Virus record (IMG/VR): IMGVR_UViG_3300042305_001857
Coordinates: 1-55,931 of that record
DNA: 55,931 bases
Strand: one strand, 5' to 3'
Origin: a virus
Lineage: Duplodnaviria; Caudoviricetes
Positions 8,250 to 18,520 of the stretch are shown here, in pieces. A program made the position numbers and the translations under genes. The first letter of the stretch is position 1. Every line of letters begins with the position of its first letter. The notes under the pieces are model-generated. The model did not search any database and was not told the DNA's origin. It was given only the letters and a program-made list of their open reading frames with translations.

Positions 8250-9218
8250 ATGAGCAAAATACTTGTTATAGACTTTCTAAATCTGTTTATCAGGTCTTAT
8301 GTTGTAAATCCATCTATATCCAAACAGGGACAACCTATTGGTGGTATTGTAGGGGTTTTCAAATCCCTTCAAAAACTTTGTAGAGATACAAAACCAGACA
8401 AAATCATTTTTTGTCATGATGGTCCTGGTGGAAGTAGAAAGAAAAAAGCACTTCACAAAGATTATAAAGAAGGTCGTAATCCACTACGATTGAATAGAAA
8501 CATAAAAGTTCTAGATGAAAATCAAGAAGTTGAAAATCGCCTTTGGCAACAACTAAAAACTTTTGATTATCTAAATCTTTGCCCTGTTATTCAACTTATG
8601 GAAGAAAATGTTGAAGCAGACGATCTAATATCCTATATTGTTCAGCACGAGAACTATGAAAATAGTATAAAAATGATAGTATCAAGTGATAAAGACTTTA
8701 TTCAGTTGCTGGATGATAAAACTATTCTTATTCGCCCAGTTCAAGATGAAATATTGAATGTAAATCGTGTTTTAGAAGAATACAAAATACACCCAAATAA
8801 CTTTGCTATTGCTCGCGCTATTGCTGGCGATAAAAGTGATAACCTTGAAGGTGTTAGGGGTGTTGGATTAATAAGTTTATCAAAAAAGTTTCCTATTCTT
8901 GCCGAAAAATCAAAATATACAGTTGATGATATATTTGAAAAATGTGAAGAAAATAAAGAACAAGGAAAAATGTTCGGCAACATACTTGAAGAAAAGCAAA
9001 AAGTATATCTAAACTATCAAATAATGCAACTACGACAGCCAAATATGTCGCTACAAGCACAACAAAAAACAGATTTTATTTTAGAAAACTTTGAACCAGA
9101 GTTCAACAAAACAGACTTCCTAAAAAGTTCTATTGTTGATGGCTTTGCCGATCTCAAACTCAACGACCTATTTACTACTTTCAACAGAATAATAAGCGAT
9201 TCAAAGACCGGCACTTGA
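8250..9218 (+). CDS. 5'-3' exonuclease / flap endonuclease (PolA N-terminal / T4 RNase H family)
   Basis: 'LVIDFLN', 'YKEGR', 'EADDLI', 'SSDKDFIQL', 'GDKSDNLEGVRGVG'. Confidence 0.9.
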   Translation: MSKILVIDFLNLFIRSYVVNPSISKQGQPIGGIVGVFKSLQKLCRDTKPDKIIFCHDGPGGSRKKKALHKDYKEGRNPLRLNRNIKVLDENQEVENRLWQQLKTFDYLNLCPVIQLMEENVEADDLISYIVQHENYENSIKMIVSSDKDFIQLLDDKTILIRPVQDEILNVNRVLEEYKIHPNNFAIARAIAGDKSDNLEGVRGVGLISLSKKFPILAEKSKYTVDDIFEKCEENKEQGKMFGNILEEKQKVYLNYQIMQLRQPNMSLQAQQKTDFILENFEPEFNKTDFLKSSIVDGFADLKLNDLFTTFNRIISDSKTGT

Positions 9219-9243
9219 CCTATGCGAAAAGATCCGGTATACT
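9215..9243 (+). promoter_or_regulatory. Sigma70-type promoter (TTGACC-17-TATACT)
   Basis: The -35 overlaps the TGA stop of the exonuclease; precedes the helicase. Confidence 0.65.
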
Positions 9244-9263
9244 GACAAACCCGAGAGGAAACA

Positions 9264-10655
9264 ATGGCCAATAAAAACGAACCATCACTTGGGTCTTTTG
9301 GAAAAGACTTTCAAGAGAAGTTGGTGCATATTATTTTAGAAGATAATGTATTCGCCTCACAAATAAGCGAAGTTCTTGATACAAGTTTCTTTGAACTAAA
9401 ATATCTACAAGTATTTGTTGATATTATTTTCAAATATAAAAACACATATAACTGCTTTCCAAGCAACTCAACAATAGAAACAATGTTGCGAACAGAACTG
9501 GAAAAGCAAAATCCAGTTACTCAAAAACAAGTGCGAGACTTTTTTGCTCGCATTCTTGCCGGCACCATTGAAGATGTAGATGATGATTATGTAAAAGATA
9601 AAAGTCTTGATTTTTGTAAAAAGCAAAAACTAAAAGAAGCCATGTTGAAGAGTGTTTCACTTATGGAAAACTCATCTTTTGATGAAGTTTCAAAGATCAT
9701 AAATGGAGCACTGAAACTTGGCCTTGATAATGATGGTGGTTATGACTTTCTCAAACATTTTGAAGAGCGATACAAAGTAAAAGCGCGTGATCCTATTTCA
9801 ACTGGATGGGATGTTATTGATAATCTCATTCAAGGTGGTTTAGGGAAAGGCGAACTTGGTGTTGTTGTGGCTCCAACAGGTGCAGGTAAGAGTATGGCAC
9901 TTGTTCATCTAGGAACACAAGCAATGAAGCAAGGAAAAAATGTTGTTTATTATACATTAGAACTTGGTGACACTGTTATTGGTCGTCGTTTTGATAGTTG
10001 TCTAACAGGTTATCCACTAAAAGGACTAAATCTTGTAAAAGAAGAAGTTTTAGAAAAAGTAAGACAAGTTCCAGGAAAACTTATTATCAAAGAGTATCCA
10101 ACAAAAACTGCTTCAACAGAAACTATTAGAAACCATCTAAAAAAACTGGAACAACGAGACTTCAAAGTTGATATGATAATAGTTGATTATGGTGATCTAC
10201 TGAAACCGGTTTCAGTTCAAAGAGAAAAGCGTAATGAACTTGAAGGGATATATGAAGAACTGCGAGGCATTGCTGCTGAAACAAAATGTCCACTATATAC
10301 AGCCAGTCAAACAAACAGATCGGGCCTAAATGCCGAAGTTGTAACCATGGAAAGTATTAGTGAGGCATTCAATAAGTGCTTTGTTGCTGATTTTATTTTT
10401 TCTCTTTCTCGCACAGCAACACACAAGCAAAACAATACCGGCAGGATATTTATAGCAAAGAACAGAAATGGACCTGACGGCATAATACTTCCAATATTTA
10501 TGGATACATCTAATATTGATATAAAAGTATTGGAACCAACCAACGAAACAATAGAAGATATAAATAAAAACTCTGCGGCAGAGCAATCAAAGAAACTAAA
10601 AGAGAAATATGCCAAGCACAGAAAAGAACAAAAAGAAATGACAAAGGGAGAATGA
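9264..10655 (+). CDS. dnaB: Replicative DNA helicase (DnaB / T4 gp41-like)
   Basis: Walker A 'APTGAGKS', 'YTLEL', 'IKEYP', 'IIVDYGDLL', 'TASQTNR', 'KNRNG'. Confidence 0.92.
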   Translation: MANKNEPSLGSFGKDFQEKLVHIILEDNVFASQISEVLDTSFFELKYLQVFVDIIFKYKNTYNCFPSNSTIETMLRTELEKQNPVTQKQVRDFFARILAGTIEDVDDDYVKDKSLDFCKKQKLKEAMLKSVSLMENSSFDEVSKIINGALKLGLDNDGGYDFLKHFEERYKVKARDPISTGWDVIDNLIQGGLGKGELGVVVAPTGAGKSMALVHLGTQAMKQGKNVVYYTLELGDTVIGRRFDSCLTGYPLKGLNLVKEEVLEKVRQVPGKLIIKEYPTKTASTETIRNHLKKLEQRDFKVDMIIVDYGDLLKPVSVQREKRNELEGIYEELRGIAAETKCPLYTASQTNRSGLNAEVVTMESISEAFNKCFVADFIFSLSRTATHKQNNTGRIFIAKNRNGPDGIILPIFMDTSNIDIKVLEPTNETIEDINKNSAAEQSKKLKEKYAKHRKEQKEMTKGE

Positions 10656-12445
10656 AAATGAGCGAGATAAAGATAGATTTTAGTAGAGATCAACTATTTG
10701 ACGAACTTGGTCTAAAAAGACTAAAAGAATCATATATGACAAAAAATGAAAACTCACCACAAGAGCGTTTTGCTTTTGTATCTCAACAGTTTTCTTCAAA
10801 CCCAGAACACGCACAGCGATTATATGACTATTCATCAAAGCACTGGTTGAGCTACTCAACTCCTATCTTGTCTTATGGAAGAACAAAAAATGGACTTCCG
10901 ATCTCTTGTTTTCTCTCGTACATGCAAGATTCAGCACATGGTCTTGTTGATACATTGAGCGAAACAAACTGGCTTTCAATGCTTGGTGGTGGTGTTGGTG
11001 TCCACGTAAAGATCCGTTCTGCCGGAGATAAATCAACTGGCATCATGCCTCATATGAAAATATATGATGCTTCTTCACTTGCTTATCGCCAAGGCAAAAC
11101 ACGACGTGGTTCATATGCTGTTTATCTTGATATAAACCATCCGGATATCATTCAGTTCCTGGAAATGCGCAAGCCAACAGGCGATCAAAATATGCGCTGT
11201 CAAAACCTGCATCACGGAATCAATATCAGCGATGACTTTATGAACATTATAGAAAAGTGTATGCTTGATCCAAGTGCTGATGATACTTGGGGACTACGAG
11301 ATCCAAGTAGTGATGTTGTAAAAGAAAAAGTTTCAGCAAAAGAACTATGGCAGCGTATTCTTGAAATGCGTATGCAAACAGGTGAGCCATATCTTTGCTT
11401 TACTGATACTGCCAACCGAGCACTACCAGAATGGCTAAAAAAAGAAGATCTAAAAATCCATGGCAGTAATCTTTGTAATGAGGTTTTTTTGTGCACAAAC
11501 GAAGACAGAACAGCGGTGTGTTGTTTGTCATCACTAAACCTGGAATACTATGATGAATGGAAAGAAGATCCAAACTTTGTCAGCGATGTTGCTGAAATGT
11601 TAGACAATGTTCTTCAAAACTTTATTGATAATGCGCCAGATGAAATAAGCAGAGCAAGATATTCAGCCCAGCGAGAGCGTTCTGTTGGTCTTGGAACACT
11701 TGGTTTTCACGCTTATTTACAGAAAAAGCATATTCCATTTGAAAGTGCTCTTGCCAAGTCTGCAAATATGAAGATATTCAAAAATATCCGTTCTAAAATG
11801 GATGAAGCAAATGTTAGACTTGCTAATGAAAGAGGTGCTTGTCCCGACGCTGCAAAACACGGATACAATGTTCGTTTTTCTCACATGATGGCACTTGCCC
11901 CCAATGCTTCTACTTCACTTATTATGGGAAATACTTCTCCAAGTATTGAGCCATATCGTGCTAATGTCTTTCGTCAAGACACACTTTCAGGTGCTCATGT
12001 GTATAAAAACCGGTTTCTTGAAAAGATCCTGGAAAAGAAATGTGAAGAACTAAAACTTGATATAAATGATGTATGGGCTTCTATTATTGCTAATGATGGT
12101 TCAGTCCAACATTTAGATTGGCTTGATGAATATACAAAAGCAGTTTATAAAACAGCAAATGAACTTGATCAACGATGGATAATAGAACTTGCCGGTGATC
12201 GTCAAGAGTTTGTAGATCAAGGTCAAAGTGTAAATATCTTTTTTAGACCAGATGTAAATATCAAATATCTGCACGCAGTTCATTTTCAGGCTTGGAAAAG
12301 TGGTCTAAAAGGTTTATACTACTGCCGTAGCGACAAACTTCGCAAAGCAGATCGTGTCGGCCAAAAAGTTGAAAGAAAAAAGATTGAAGATGAAATAGAT
12401 CTCAAAAAACTCGCCGAAGGCGATGAATGTCTTGCTTGCACCTGA
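10652..12445 (+). CDS. nrdA: Ribonucleotide reductase class Ia alpha subunit (no ATP cone)
   Basis: 'ISCFL', 'GGGVG', 'RRGSYAVY', active site 'SNLCNE', 'APNASTS', 'DQGQS', 'LYYCR', C-terminal CxxC. Confidence 0.95.
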   Translation: MKMSEIKIDFSRDQLFDELGLKRLKESYMTKNENSPQERFAFVSQQFSSNPEHAQRLYDYSSKHWLSYSTPILSYGRTKNGLPISCFLSYMQDSAHGLVDTLSETNWLSMLGGGVGVHVKIRSAGDKSTGIMPHMKIYDASSLAYRQGKTRRGSYAVYLDINHPDIIQFLEMRKPTGDQNMRCQNLHHGINISDDFMNIIEKCMLDPSADDTWGLRDPSSDVVKEKVSAKELWQRILEMRMQTGEPYLCFTDTANRALPEWLKKEDLKIHGSNLCNEVFLCTNEDRTAVCCLSSLNLEYYDEWKEDPNFVSDVAEMLDNVLQNFIDNAPDEISRARYSAQRERSVGLGTLGFHAYLQKKHIPFESALAKSANMKIFKNIRSKMDEANVRLANERGACPDAAKHGYNVRFSHMMALAPNASTSLIMGNTSPSIEPYRANVFRQDTLSGAHVYKNRFLEKILEKKCEELKLDINDVWASIIANDGSVQHLDWLDEYTKAVYKTANELDQRWIIELAGDRQEFVDQGQSVNIFFRPDVNIKYLHAVHFQAWKSGLKGLYYCRSDKLRKADRVGQKVERKKIEDEIDLKKLAEGDECLACT

Positions 12446-12458
12446 ATGGAGAAAAATA

Positions 12459-13436
12459 ATGGCTAAAAAAAAATATAAACTTACAGAAGAAAGACCGTTC
12501 TTCAAACCATTTCAATATGAATGGTGTTTTGAGGCTTTCAAAGAAAGCGAACAAATGCACTGGACACCTCTTGAAATTCCAATGCTGGAAGATATCAAAG
12601 ATTGGAAAAACAATCTTTCAAAAGAAGAAAAAGACTTCTTGACACATATATTCCGCTTTTTTACGCAAGCAGATATTGATGTGGCTGGTGGTTATGTAAA
12701 AAACTATTTGCCATATTTTCCACATCCAGAAATAAGAATGATGCTGACTTCTTTTGCTGCACGAGAAGCAGTCCACATACAAAGTTATTCTCATCTCATA
12801 GAAACTCTTGGAATGCCAGAAACTACTTATAATCAATTTCTCCAATATCAAGCAATGAAAGATAAACATGAATATTTTACAAAGTTTTCTGAAACGGGGG
12901 AGACAAAGATTGCTCAACAAATTGCTGCCTTTTCAGCCTTTACCGAAGGAATGACACTGTTTTCCAGTTTTGTAATGTTGCTGAACTTTGCTCGTAATGG
13001 AAAAATGAAAGGCATGGGTCAAATTATTGCTTGGAGTATTGCAGACGAAACACTTCATGCTGAAAGTATGATAAAACTATTTCGTGAGTTTATTGGCGAA
13101 AACAAACACATATGGAACGATGAACTAAAAAGTGAAATATACACAATAGCAACAAAAATGGTTGAACTTGAAGACAAGTTTGTTGATCTTGCTTTTGGTG
13201 TTGGGGATATGCAAAACTTGACAAAAGAAGATGTAAAACAATATGTTCGCTATATTGCTGACCGCAGACTTATTTCTCTTGGCATGAAAGGTATTTTCAA
13301 AGTAAAGAAAAACCCACTACCATGGGTTGATGGAATGCTGGGTGTTACACACAGCAACTTCTTTGAGCAAAAAGTCACAGACTATGCCAAGGGAGCACTA
13401 ACTGGCGATTGGTCGTCTGTTTGGGCTCAAGAATGA
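12459..13436 (+). CDS. nrdB: Ribonucleotide reductase class Ia beta subunit
   Basis: 'WTPLEI', 'EAVHIQSYS', 'EGMTLFSSF', 'DETLH', 'NFFE..VTDY'. Confidence 0.95.
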   Translation: MAKKKYKLTEERPFFKPFQYEWCFEAFKESEQMHWTPLEIPMLEDIKDWKNNLSKEEKDFLTHIFRFFTQADIDVAGGYVKNYLPYFPHPEIRMMLTSFAAREAVHIQSYSHLIETLGMPETTYNQFLQYQAMKDKHEYFTKFSETGETKIAQQIAAFSAFTEGMTLFSSFVMLLNFARNGKMKGMGQIIAWSIADETLHAESMIKLFREFIGENKHIWNDELKSEIYTIATKMVELEDKFVDLAFGVGDMQNLTKEDVKQYVRYIADRRLISLGMKGIFKVKKNPLPWVDGMLGVTHSNFFEQKVTDYAKGALTGDWSSVWAQE

Positions 13437-13454
13437 ACTGTATGTGACCGGTGC

Positions 13455-13482
13455 TTGACTTTTGCCGGCGATCTGCTAAAAT
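13455..13482 (+). promoter_or_regulatory. Sigma70-type promoter (TTGACT-16-TAAAAT, extended -10)
   Basis: Same GCTTGAC...TGCTA pattern as the other promoters. Confidence 0.6.
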
Positions 13483-13522
13483 AGGCCAGCCACAGGGCTG
13501 GCTTTTTTACAAGGAGAATGCT

Positions 13523-13804
13523 ATGACTGATCTAAAAACTCTTGAACAGCAAGACAAGAAACTAACTCGCGAAGAACACATCATCAACTACCTAAAAGCA
13601 CTCAACACGATTGAGCAAGCGATTGAGCCATATCGTGAGCACAAACTTGCCCTCAAAAAGCATTATGCTGATAATAGTTTTCTTTCCCGCGAAGATCAAT
13701 CTCGCCTACTAAAAGCCTATCGTATGGCTCAAAAAGGTGAAGAACTTGAAGACTTTGAGGAGTTTCTAAATATTATCAAGAGCAAACTAAAAGTAGGAGC
13801 GTGA
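13523..13804 (+). CDS. Small helical protein, possibly DsbA/GapR-like dsDNA-binding
   Basis: SD AAGGAG. The 'YLKALNTIEQ...K.ALKK.Y...LLKAYRM' helical pattern is similar to T4 DsbA-like proteins. Confidence 0.4.
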   Translation: MTDLKTLEQQDKKLTREEHIINYLKALNTIEQAIEPYREHKLALKKHYADNSFLSREDQSRLLKAYRMAQKGEELEDFEEFLNIIKSKLKVGA

Positions 13805-13805
13805 T

Positions 13806-14081
13806 ATGATGAAGTTGGAACCACGAAACAAACATCTTCTTATAGAAGTAGTAAAAAACGATACAAAAGAAGAAAAAGTAAGTGAGTTTTTTGGTGCTTC
13901 AAGCAAGAAACCTGATAACTTGGTTTATCGTGTATTAGACCGAGCAGACGATTGCGTTATTTCAGTGTATGTGGGACAACTTATTGTTGTAGAGGGCAAC
14001 ATGGTTCAGGAAAACAAAGTAGGAGAACAAACCTTTCTTACTTGTAAAGAAAACTTTGTTATTGGTGTTGTAAAAGACTGA
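13806..14081 (+). CDS. GroES-like co-chaperonin
   Basis: 'MKLEPRNKHLLIE...VYVGQLIVV...GEQTFLTCKENFVIGVV' follows the Cpn10 pattern. Confidence 0.65.
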   Translation: MMKLEPRNKHLLIEVVKNDTKEEKVSEFFGASSKKPDNLVYRVLDRADDCVISVYVGQLIVVEGNMVQENKVGEQTFLTCKENFVIGVVKD

Positions 14082-14096
14082 ACTTGGAGCCTTATC

Positions 14097-14489
14097 GTGG
14101 GAATGTATGATGAAATAACAGTAGAGTTTTCTTTTGAAGAAAAATATAAACATCTTCAAAATGTTGTTTTTCAAACAAAAAGTTTATCTTGCTGTTTAGA
14201 CAACTATCTTGTTGATCAAGAAGGTCAACTATGGATGCAAAAAGCAATCTGGGATGTCATACCAGAAAAAGATCGTCCATATTTTGGAAAACCAGAATGG
14301 AATAGTCGTTTTGGAAAGATAGTTGGAATGTTAGATATTGTAAATGCTGAAAAGCAAAAACACCATCATACTGGCGAAATAAAAATGTATTATTTTGATG
14401 ATGCATCAAAAGTTGATTACGACATTGTTTGTTTTTTTGATAATGGAAAAATGCTTTTTTTCAAAGTTATAGAAAGCAGGCAACGATGA
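14097..14489 (+). CDS. Hypothetical protein (MGMYD...FQTKSL family)
   Basis: 130-aa ORF in an operon. Confidence 0.65.
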   Translation: MGMYDEITVEFSFEEKYKHLQNVVFQTKSLSCCLDNYLVDQEGQLWMQKAIWDVIPEKDRPYFGKPEWNSRFGKIVGMLDIVNAEKQKHHHTGEIKMYYFDDASKVDYDIVCFFDNGKMLFFKVIESRQR

Positions 14490-15010
14490 ATAAAGAACTT
14501 GAAAAAAACCTACTTGAAAAATATCCTAAACTATTTAGGACCGTCAAACATCTTGGATGTAGTGATGGTTGGTATGATATTGTTGAAATAATGTGCAAAG
14601 AAATACAATCACATATTACATATTATAGAGCCAGCGCTGCAAGAACAAAAAGATACAATCGCGCTCTTACACAGGCACTTCGCGGAAACTACTCAAATAT
14701 TGAATATTATTACCGCAATTCAAAAGACAAAGAAACGCTTATAGCAAAAGACATAGAAATGAAAAACTTTCGTTCTATTTGGACTGAAAATATTCCAACA
14801 CAAATGCAGTTTACGCAAATAAAAGAAAAGTTTGGAACTCTTCGCGTTTATACTATTGGTGGAGATGCTTTTTGTGAAGGTCTTGTTAGAATGGCAGAAG
14901 CGATAAGCGCTAAAACTTGCGAAGAATGTGGTGTTCCAGGAAAACAAACAAGAAGCGGGTGGATAAGAACACTTTGTAAAGGCTGTATGGACAATAAAAA
15001 TGCCAAGTAA
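14486..15010 (+). CDS. Conserved phage hypothetical ('QIKEKFGTLR.Y', C-terminal Zn ribbon)
   Basis: 'DGW..I', 'QIKEKFGTLRVY', 'TCEECG...W.RTLC..C'. Confidence 0.7.
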   Translation: MNKELEKNLLEKYPKLFRTVKHLGCSDGWYDIVEIMCKEIQSHITYYRASAARTKRYNRALTQALRGNYSNIEYYYRNSKDKETLIAKDIEMKNFRSIWTENIPTQMQFTQIKEKFGTLRVYTIGGDAFCEGLVRMAEAISAKTCEECGVPGKQTRSGWIRTLCKGCMDNKNAK

Positions 15011-15216
15011 AGATTATGGTATTGGAACACTTGTCGCTGCCGCCGGCCCTGCTTTGTATTCCAAACAAGAAGCAGACATAGGTGTAATATGTGATGTAAC
15101 GGCGAATAAAAAAAGAAAATATTATATCTTATGGCAAAAAGATAAAGAAGTTTCCGGTCCTTATGGAAACCAAGATATTGAAGTTTTTATCAACTATTAT
15201 AAAGAATGGATGGAAG

Positions 15217-15741
15217 ATGTTCAAAATCAATAAAATACAATATGAGCCATCAAAAGAAGATAATGACTGTTTTATGATAGAGATAAACTTTTCCTGTTCC
15301 GAGGAGCAAGAAAGTTCTTTTGGCACGCTTGGAAAATATCATAAAGCAAGATATGTTACTGATATTGAAAAGTTTGAAGATCACTATAACGATAGTTCAA
15401 ACTTTGAATATGAGACAGAACAAATAGAAGGAAAAGATTTTTCACATTTGAAATGGAAAAAACCAAGCGCATACGATCTTGGACTTGTAAAAATTGTTGA
15501 TGTTGAAGGTCTTGATAAGATCAACAAGCAAGAAGATGGAACTTTTACCTATAAAGAGTTCGTAAAAGACTGTTATATTACAACAGCAGCAGTAAAACAA
15601 CTGTTTGAAATGAAACAACATATGGATACTGGCTTTTGTAGATGGGGAAACTATCCAGAACAAGCAGGTGCTTTTCGGTCTGGTGATCCATTTCATGACT
15701 TTTTTGGCATTTTAGAAACACTTGACAGGTTTTGGGATTGA
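15217..15741 (+). CDS. Hypothetical protein
   Basis: ORF in an overlapping gene run; likely start MFKINK. Confidence 0.6.
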   Translation: MFKINKIQYEPSKEDNDCFMIEINFSCSEEQESSFGTLGKYHKARYVTDIEKFEDHYNDSSNFEYETEQIEGKDFSHLKWKKPSAYDLGLVKIVDVEGLDKINKQEDGTFTYKEFVKDCYITTAAVKQLFEMKQHMDTGFCRWGNYPEQAGAFRSGDPFHDFFGILETLDRFWD

Positions 15742-15874
15742 TATATTATTACGAGGTATATATAATGTTAGATCTTGGTTTTTATTTGGTAATAGCGTCA
15801 TTTTTGTCAAGCATACCTGTGTGGGTTGTTGCATTGGCTATAATGAGTATTGCTGAAACTGCTAAAAAAAATAA

Positions 15875-16294
15875 ATGAAAAAAATATTGATATTTTTGGT
15901 GTTTTTATCTACATCATGTGTAAAAACCGGGCCGCAGTTTATAAACTGCTCTCAACCAGAACTTGGAGAACTTGCTATTGATATTTCACTAGAAAACATG
16001 GATAACATACAAGATGTTGTAGATGGAATGAATTTTTCTTGTAAACAAGAAATAACATATCCTGCTAAAACAGCGTGTTTTCTGGTTCGTCCAGGAACCG
16101 ATATTGAGCGAGGACTTATTGTTTTGCTTGACGAATATATAGGGGAGTGTATTATACATGAACTTTATCATGCAGAACTATCTATTGCTAATGCCGATCC
16201 GTGTTCTTCGCATGATAAACAATGCGATTGGGACAACCAATGGCTTGAAATACTATTGGACGAATATAAGGAAATAAAAAATGAAACTAACTGA
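15875..16294 (+). CDS. Putative lipoprotein with HExxH metallopeptidase motif
   Basis: Signal peptide plus lipobox-like 'LSTSC'; 'IIHELYHAE'. Confidence 0.5.
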   Translation: MKKILIFLVFLSTSCVKTGPQFINCSQPELGELAIDISLENMDNIQDVVDGMNFSCKQEITYPAKTACFLVRPGTDIERGLIVLLDEYIGECIIHELYHAELSIANADPCSSHDKQCDWDNQWLEILLDEYKEIKNETN

Positions 16295-16703
16295 AAACTT
16301 TTCTCTACAAGAGATGATAAAATCGCAAACAGCGGAAAGAAAAAAGATTGACAACACTCCATCACAAGAAGTGATTGATAATCTAAAACTACTTTGTGAA
16401 AATGTATTAGAAAAAGTTAGAACACACTTTGGTCGCCCTATCATGGTAAACAGTGGCTATCGTGGACCAAAACTAAATAAAGCGATTGGTGGTGCAAGAA
16501 ACAGTCAACACATGACCGGTCAGGCAGCAGACATAGAAATACCGGGATTAGACAATAAAGTTGTTTTTGATTGGATCAAGGATAACCTTGACTTTGACCA
16601 ACTTATACTCGAGTTTTATAAACCAGGAATACCAGATAGTGGATGGGTTCATGTGTCTTGGAGCAATAAAAAGAACAGAAAACAGGTTCTAAAAATTGGC
16701 TGA
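16281..16703 (+). CDS. Peptidase M15A endolysin-like
   Basis: 'LTENFSL.E', 'NSGYR', 'SQHMTGQAADI', 'FDQLILE', 'WVHVS'. Confidence 0.9.
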   Translation: MKLTENFSLQEMIKSQTAERKKIDNTPSQEVIDNLKLLCENVLEKVRTHFGRPIMVNSGYRGPKLNKAIGGARNSQHMTGQAADIEIPGLDNKVVFDWIKDNLDFDQLILEFYKPGIPDSGWVHVSWSNKKNRKQVLKIG

Positions 16704-17253
16704 AAGACAGGTTTATGTTTTGTTAGTTATAACATTTTTTATGCTATTTCTTCACGGGGATATTATACCCCGTGAGGAGCAGCATATTTCTCAACTAAAA
16801 ACTTCAACAAATGGTATTGAGTTGATAAAAAAACACGAAGGCTTTTCTGCTGTTCCTTATCGATGCTCTGCTGGTATTGTTGCTATCGGATATGGTTCTA
16901 CAACATATGAAAATAAAAAACCAGTTTTGCTTTCCGATCCTCCAATAACAGAAAAGACTGCCGACATATTATTGATAAAAAACATTACAAAATATGAAAA
17001 ATCAGTAAAAAAACTTGTAAAAACAAACATAAACCAAAATCAGTTTGATGCACTTATTAGTTTGACATATAATATTGGTATGGGAAATATAAAGAGTTCC
17101 CAACTAATCAAACTTATAAATATTGATCCAAACGATCCTGCAATAAAAGACGAGTTTTTGAAGTGGAGAAAAGCAAGCGGTAAAGTTATAAAAGGCTTGG
17201 AACTTCGTCGGCAACAAGAAGTTGAACTTTATTATCATTCTTTTAGTTATTAG
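16696..17253 (+). CDS. Phage lysozyme (GH24) with N-terminal hydrophobic anchor
   Basis: 'LIKKHEGF', 'PY.CSAG..IGYG', 'NQNQFDALISLTYNIG', 'GL..RR..E'. Confidence 0.9.
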   Translation: MAERQVYVLLVITFFMLFLHGDIIPREEQHISQLKTSTNGIELIKKHEGFSAVPYRCSAGIVAIGYGSTTYENKKPVLLSDPPITEKTADILLIKNITKYEKSVKKLVKTNINQNQFDALISLTYNIGMGNIKSSQLIKLINIDPNDPAIKDEFLKWRKASGKVIKGLELRRQQEVELYYHSFSY

Positions 17254-17277
17254 TTTATACAGACACACCCATCGCGC

Positions 17278-17306
17278 TTGACTTCTGCTGCCGTATTTGC
17301 TATAAT
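17278..17306 (+). promoter_or_regulatory. Sigma70-type promoter (TTGACT-17-TATAAT, extended -10)
   Basis: Consensus -10; heads the small-ORF accessory field. Confidence 0.8.
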
Positions 17307-17536
17307 AGCACCAAGTGCAGAGATCATGCGCGATAGGTGTATTATATGATAGTGAAATATATTGAACCTGACGACAGTGAAGAAAAAGGCTTCCGCGAAA
17401 TCTTTATCACAAAACAAGATGCCATAAAACAACAAATCAGGTTTGTTTCCACATACTATCCAACTTTCTTCTATGAAAGTGAAGAACAGGCATTTTTAGA
17501 TTTTTGCACTAATCATTGGGCCGAGGTTGTAGATAA

Positions 17537-17704
17537 GTGAAATATCTAACACTTGGAAGTATAGTTCAATCAAGGCAAAACCCTAAAATAAATGGATATA
17601 TAACTGAAATAAGTGATAGAATACATGTGGTTTTGTTTACAGATCCACGTGAAACTTATAGATACGACACTGATATGTTTGAGGTATATTTCAAGGTAAT
17701 CTAA
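17537..17704 (+). CDS. Small SH3/KOW-like protein (MKYLTLGSIV...)
   Basis: 55-aa ORF with GTG start overlapping the upstream stop; not in the track. Confidence 0.55.
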   Translation: MKYLTLGSIVQSRQNPKINGYITEISDRIHVVLFTDPRETYRYDTDMFEVYFKVI

Positions 17705-17941
17705 ATGCGAAAAGATATTCCTGTTTATTCCACTGGTGATCTTGTGGAGTTTGTTTTTGCCCCAGATCAAAGCTTATATCATAGAAAAAGATTTACAGGA
17801 AAACTTGGTCTTATTATAAAAAGATGTGATCAGTATGATGTTGTTAATTCATCAGCTAATATTTATAATGTCTTTATTGATGGTGTATATATAAATCTTC
17901 ACGCACTTGATTTTATGCTTATCTCAAAGGTTAAAGAATGA
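17705..17941 (+). CDS. Small SH3/KOW-like protein ('YSTGDLV')
   Basis: xGDLV...G.I pattern shared with its neighbours. Confidence 0.55.
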   Translation: MRKDIPVYSTGDLVEFVFAPDQSLYHRKRFTGKLGLIIKRCDQYDVVNSSANIYNVFIDGVYINLHALDFMLISKVKE

Positions 17942-18120
17942 AATACCAAGTTGGTGATCTGCTTATTAGTTCCAAACAACAGCCGATACTCATAACTGTA
18001 ATAATTCACGATTTTGTTAGAGGTTATTGGGGTTCACGTTTAAGAGGTGTTGGTTATATACGGAATATTGATATAAACATAGAAAATGGTGCTTGGAAAT
18101 ATTATCCTGTGGTGAAGTGA
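17938..18120 (+). CDS. MKYxVGD-family small protein
   Basis: Starts MKYQVGDLL. Confidence 0.6.
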   Translation: MKYQVGDLLISSKQQPILITVIIHDFVRGYWGSRLRGVGYIRNIDINIENGAWKYYPVVK

Positions 18121-18347
18121 TGAAATACAAAGTTGGCGATCTTGTTCTTGTAAAAGATATTCTCCTTCGCCCTATCATTCACCCTCGCCCTCGCCTTCCC
18201 CTTCGCCTTAAAAATACACTTGGCATCATCACCGAAGTTGAAAAACATTCAATTGAAAACGATAATGCTTATATTTGGTATTCACAAGTTGATGGGAAAG
18301 AATGCTATTTCTACGAAGATGAAGTTGATGGTGAGGTAATCAAGTGA
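18120..18347 (+). CDS. MKYxVGD-family small protein with short Pro/Arg repeat; paralog of 27108
   Basis: MKYKVGDLV...HPRPRLPLRL...NTLGIITEVEKHS. Confidence 0.7.
   Translation: MKYKVGDLVLVKDILLRPIIHPRPRLPLRLKNTLGIITEVEKHSIENDNAYIWYSQVDGKECYFYEDEVDGEVIK
18164..18209. repeat. Degenerate C(C/T)TC(G/A)C hexamer repeat, copy 1
   Basis: CCTTCGCCCTATCATTCACCCTCGCCCTCGCCTTCCCCTTCGCCTT. Confidence 0.7.
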
Positions 18348-18520
18348 AATACCAAGTTGGTGATCTTATCAATAGTAAATGGGGAAATGTAGATAAACTT
18401 GGATATATTGTTAAAGTATGTGAAAGATCAGAATATCTTGCTATAGTTTTCTTTCAAAGCAGCGATGTTCAACATACTTTTAGTTTCTCTGGTTTTGAAA
18501 GGTATTATAAGGTATTATGA
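18344..18520 (+). CDS. MKYxVGD-family small protein
   Basis: 58-aa GTG-start ORF MKYQVGDLINSKWG...; not in the track. Confidence 0.6.
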   Translation: MKYQVGDLINSKWGNVDKLGYIVKVCERSEYLAIVFFQSSDVQHTFSFSGFERYYKVL

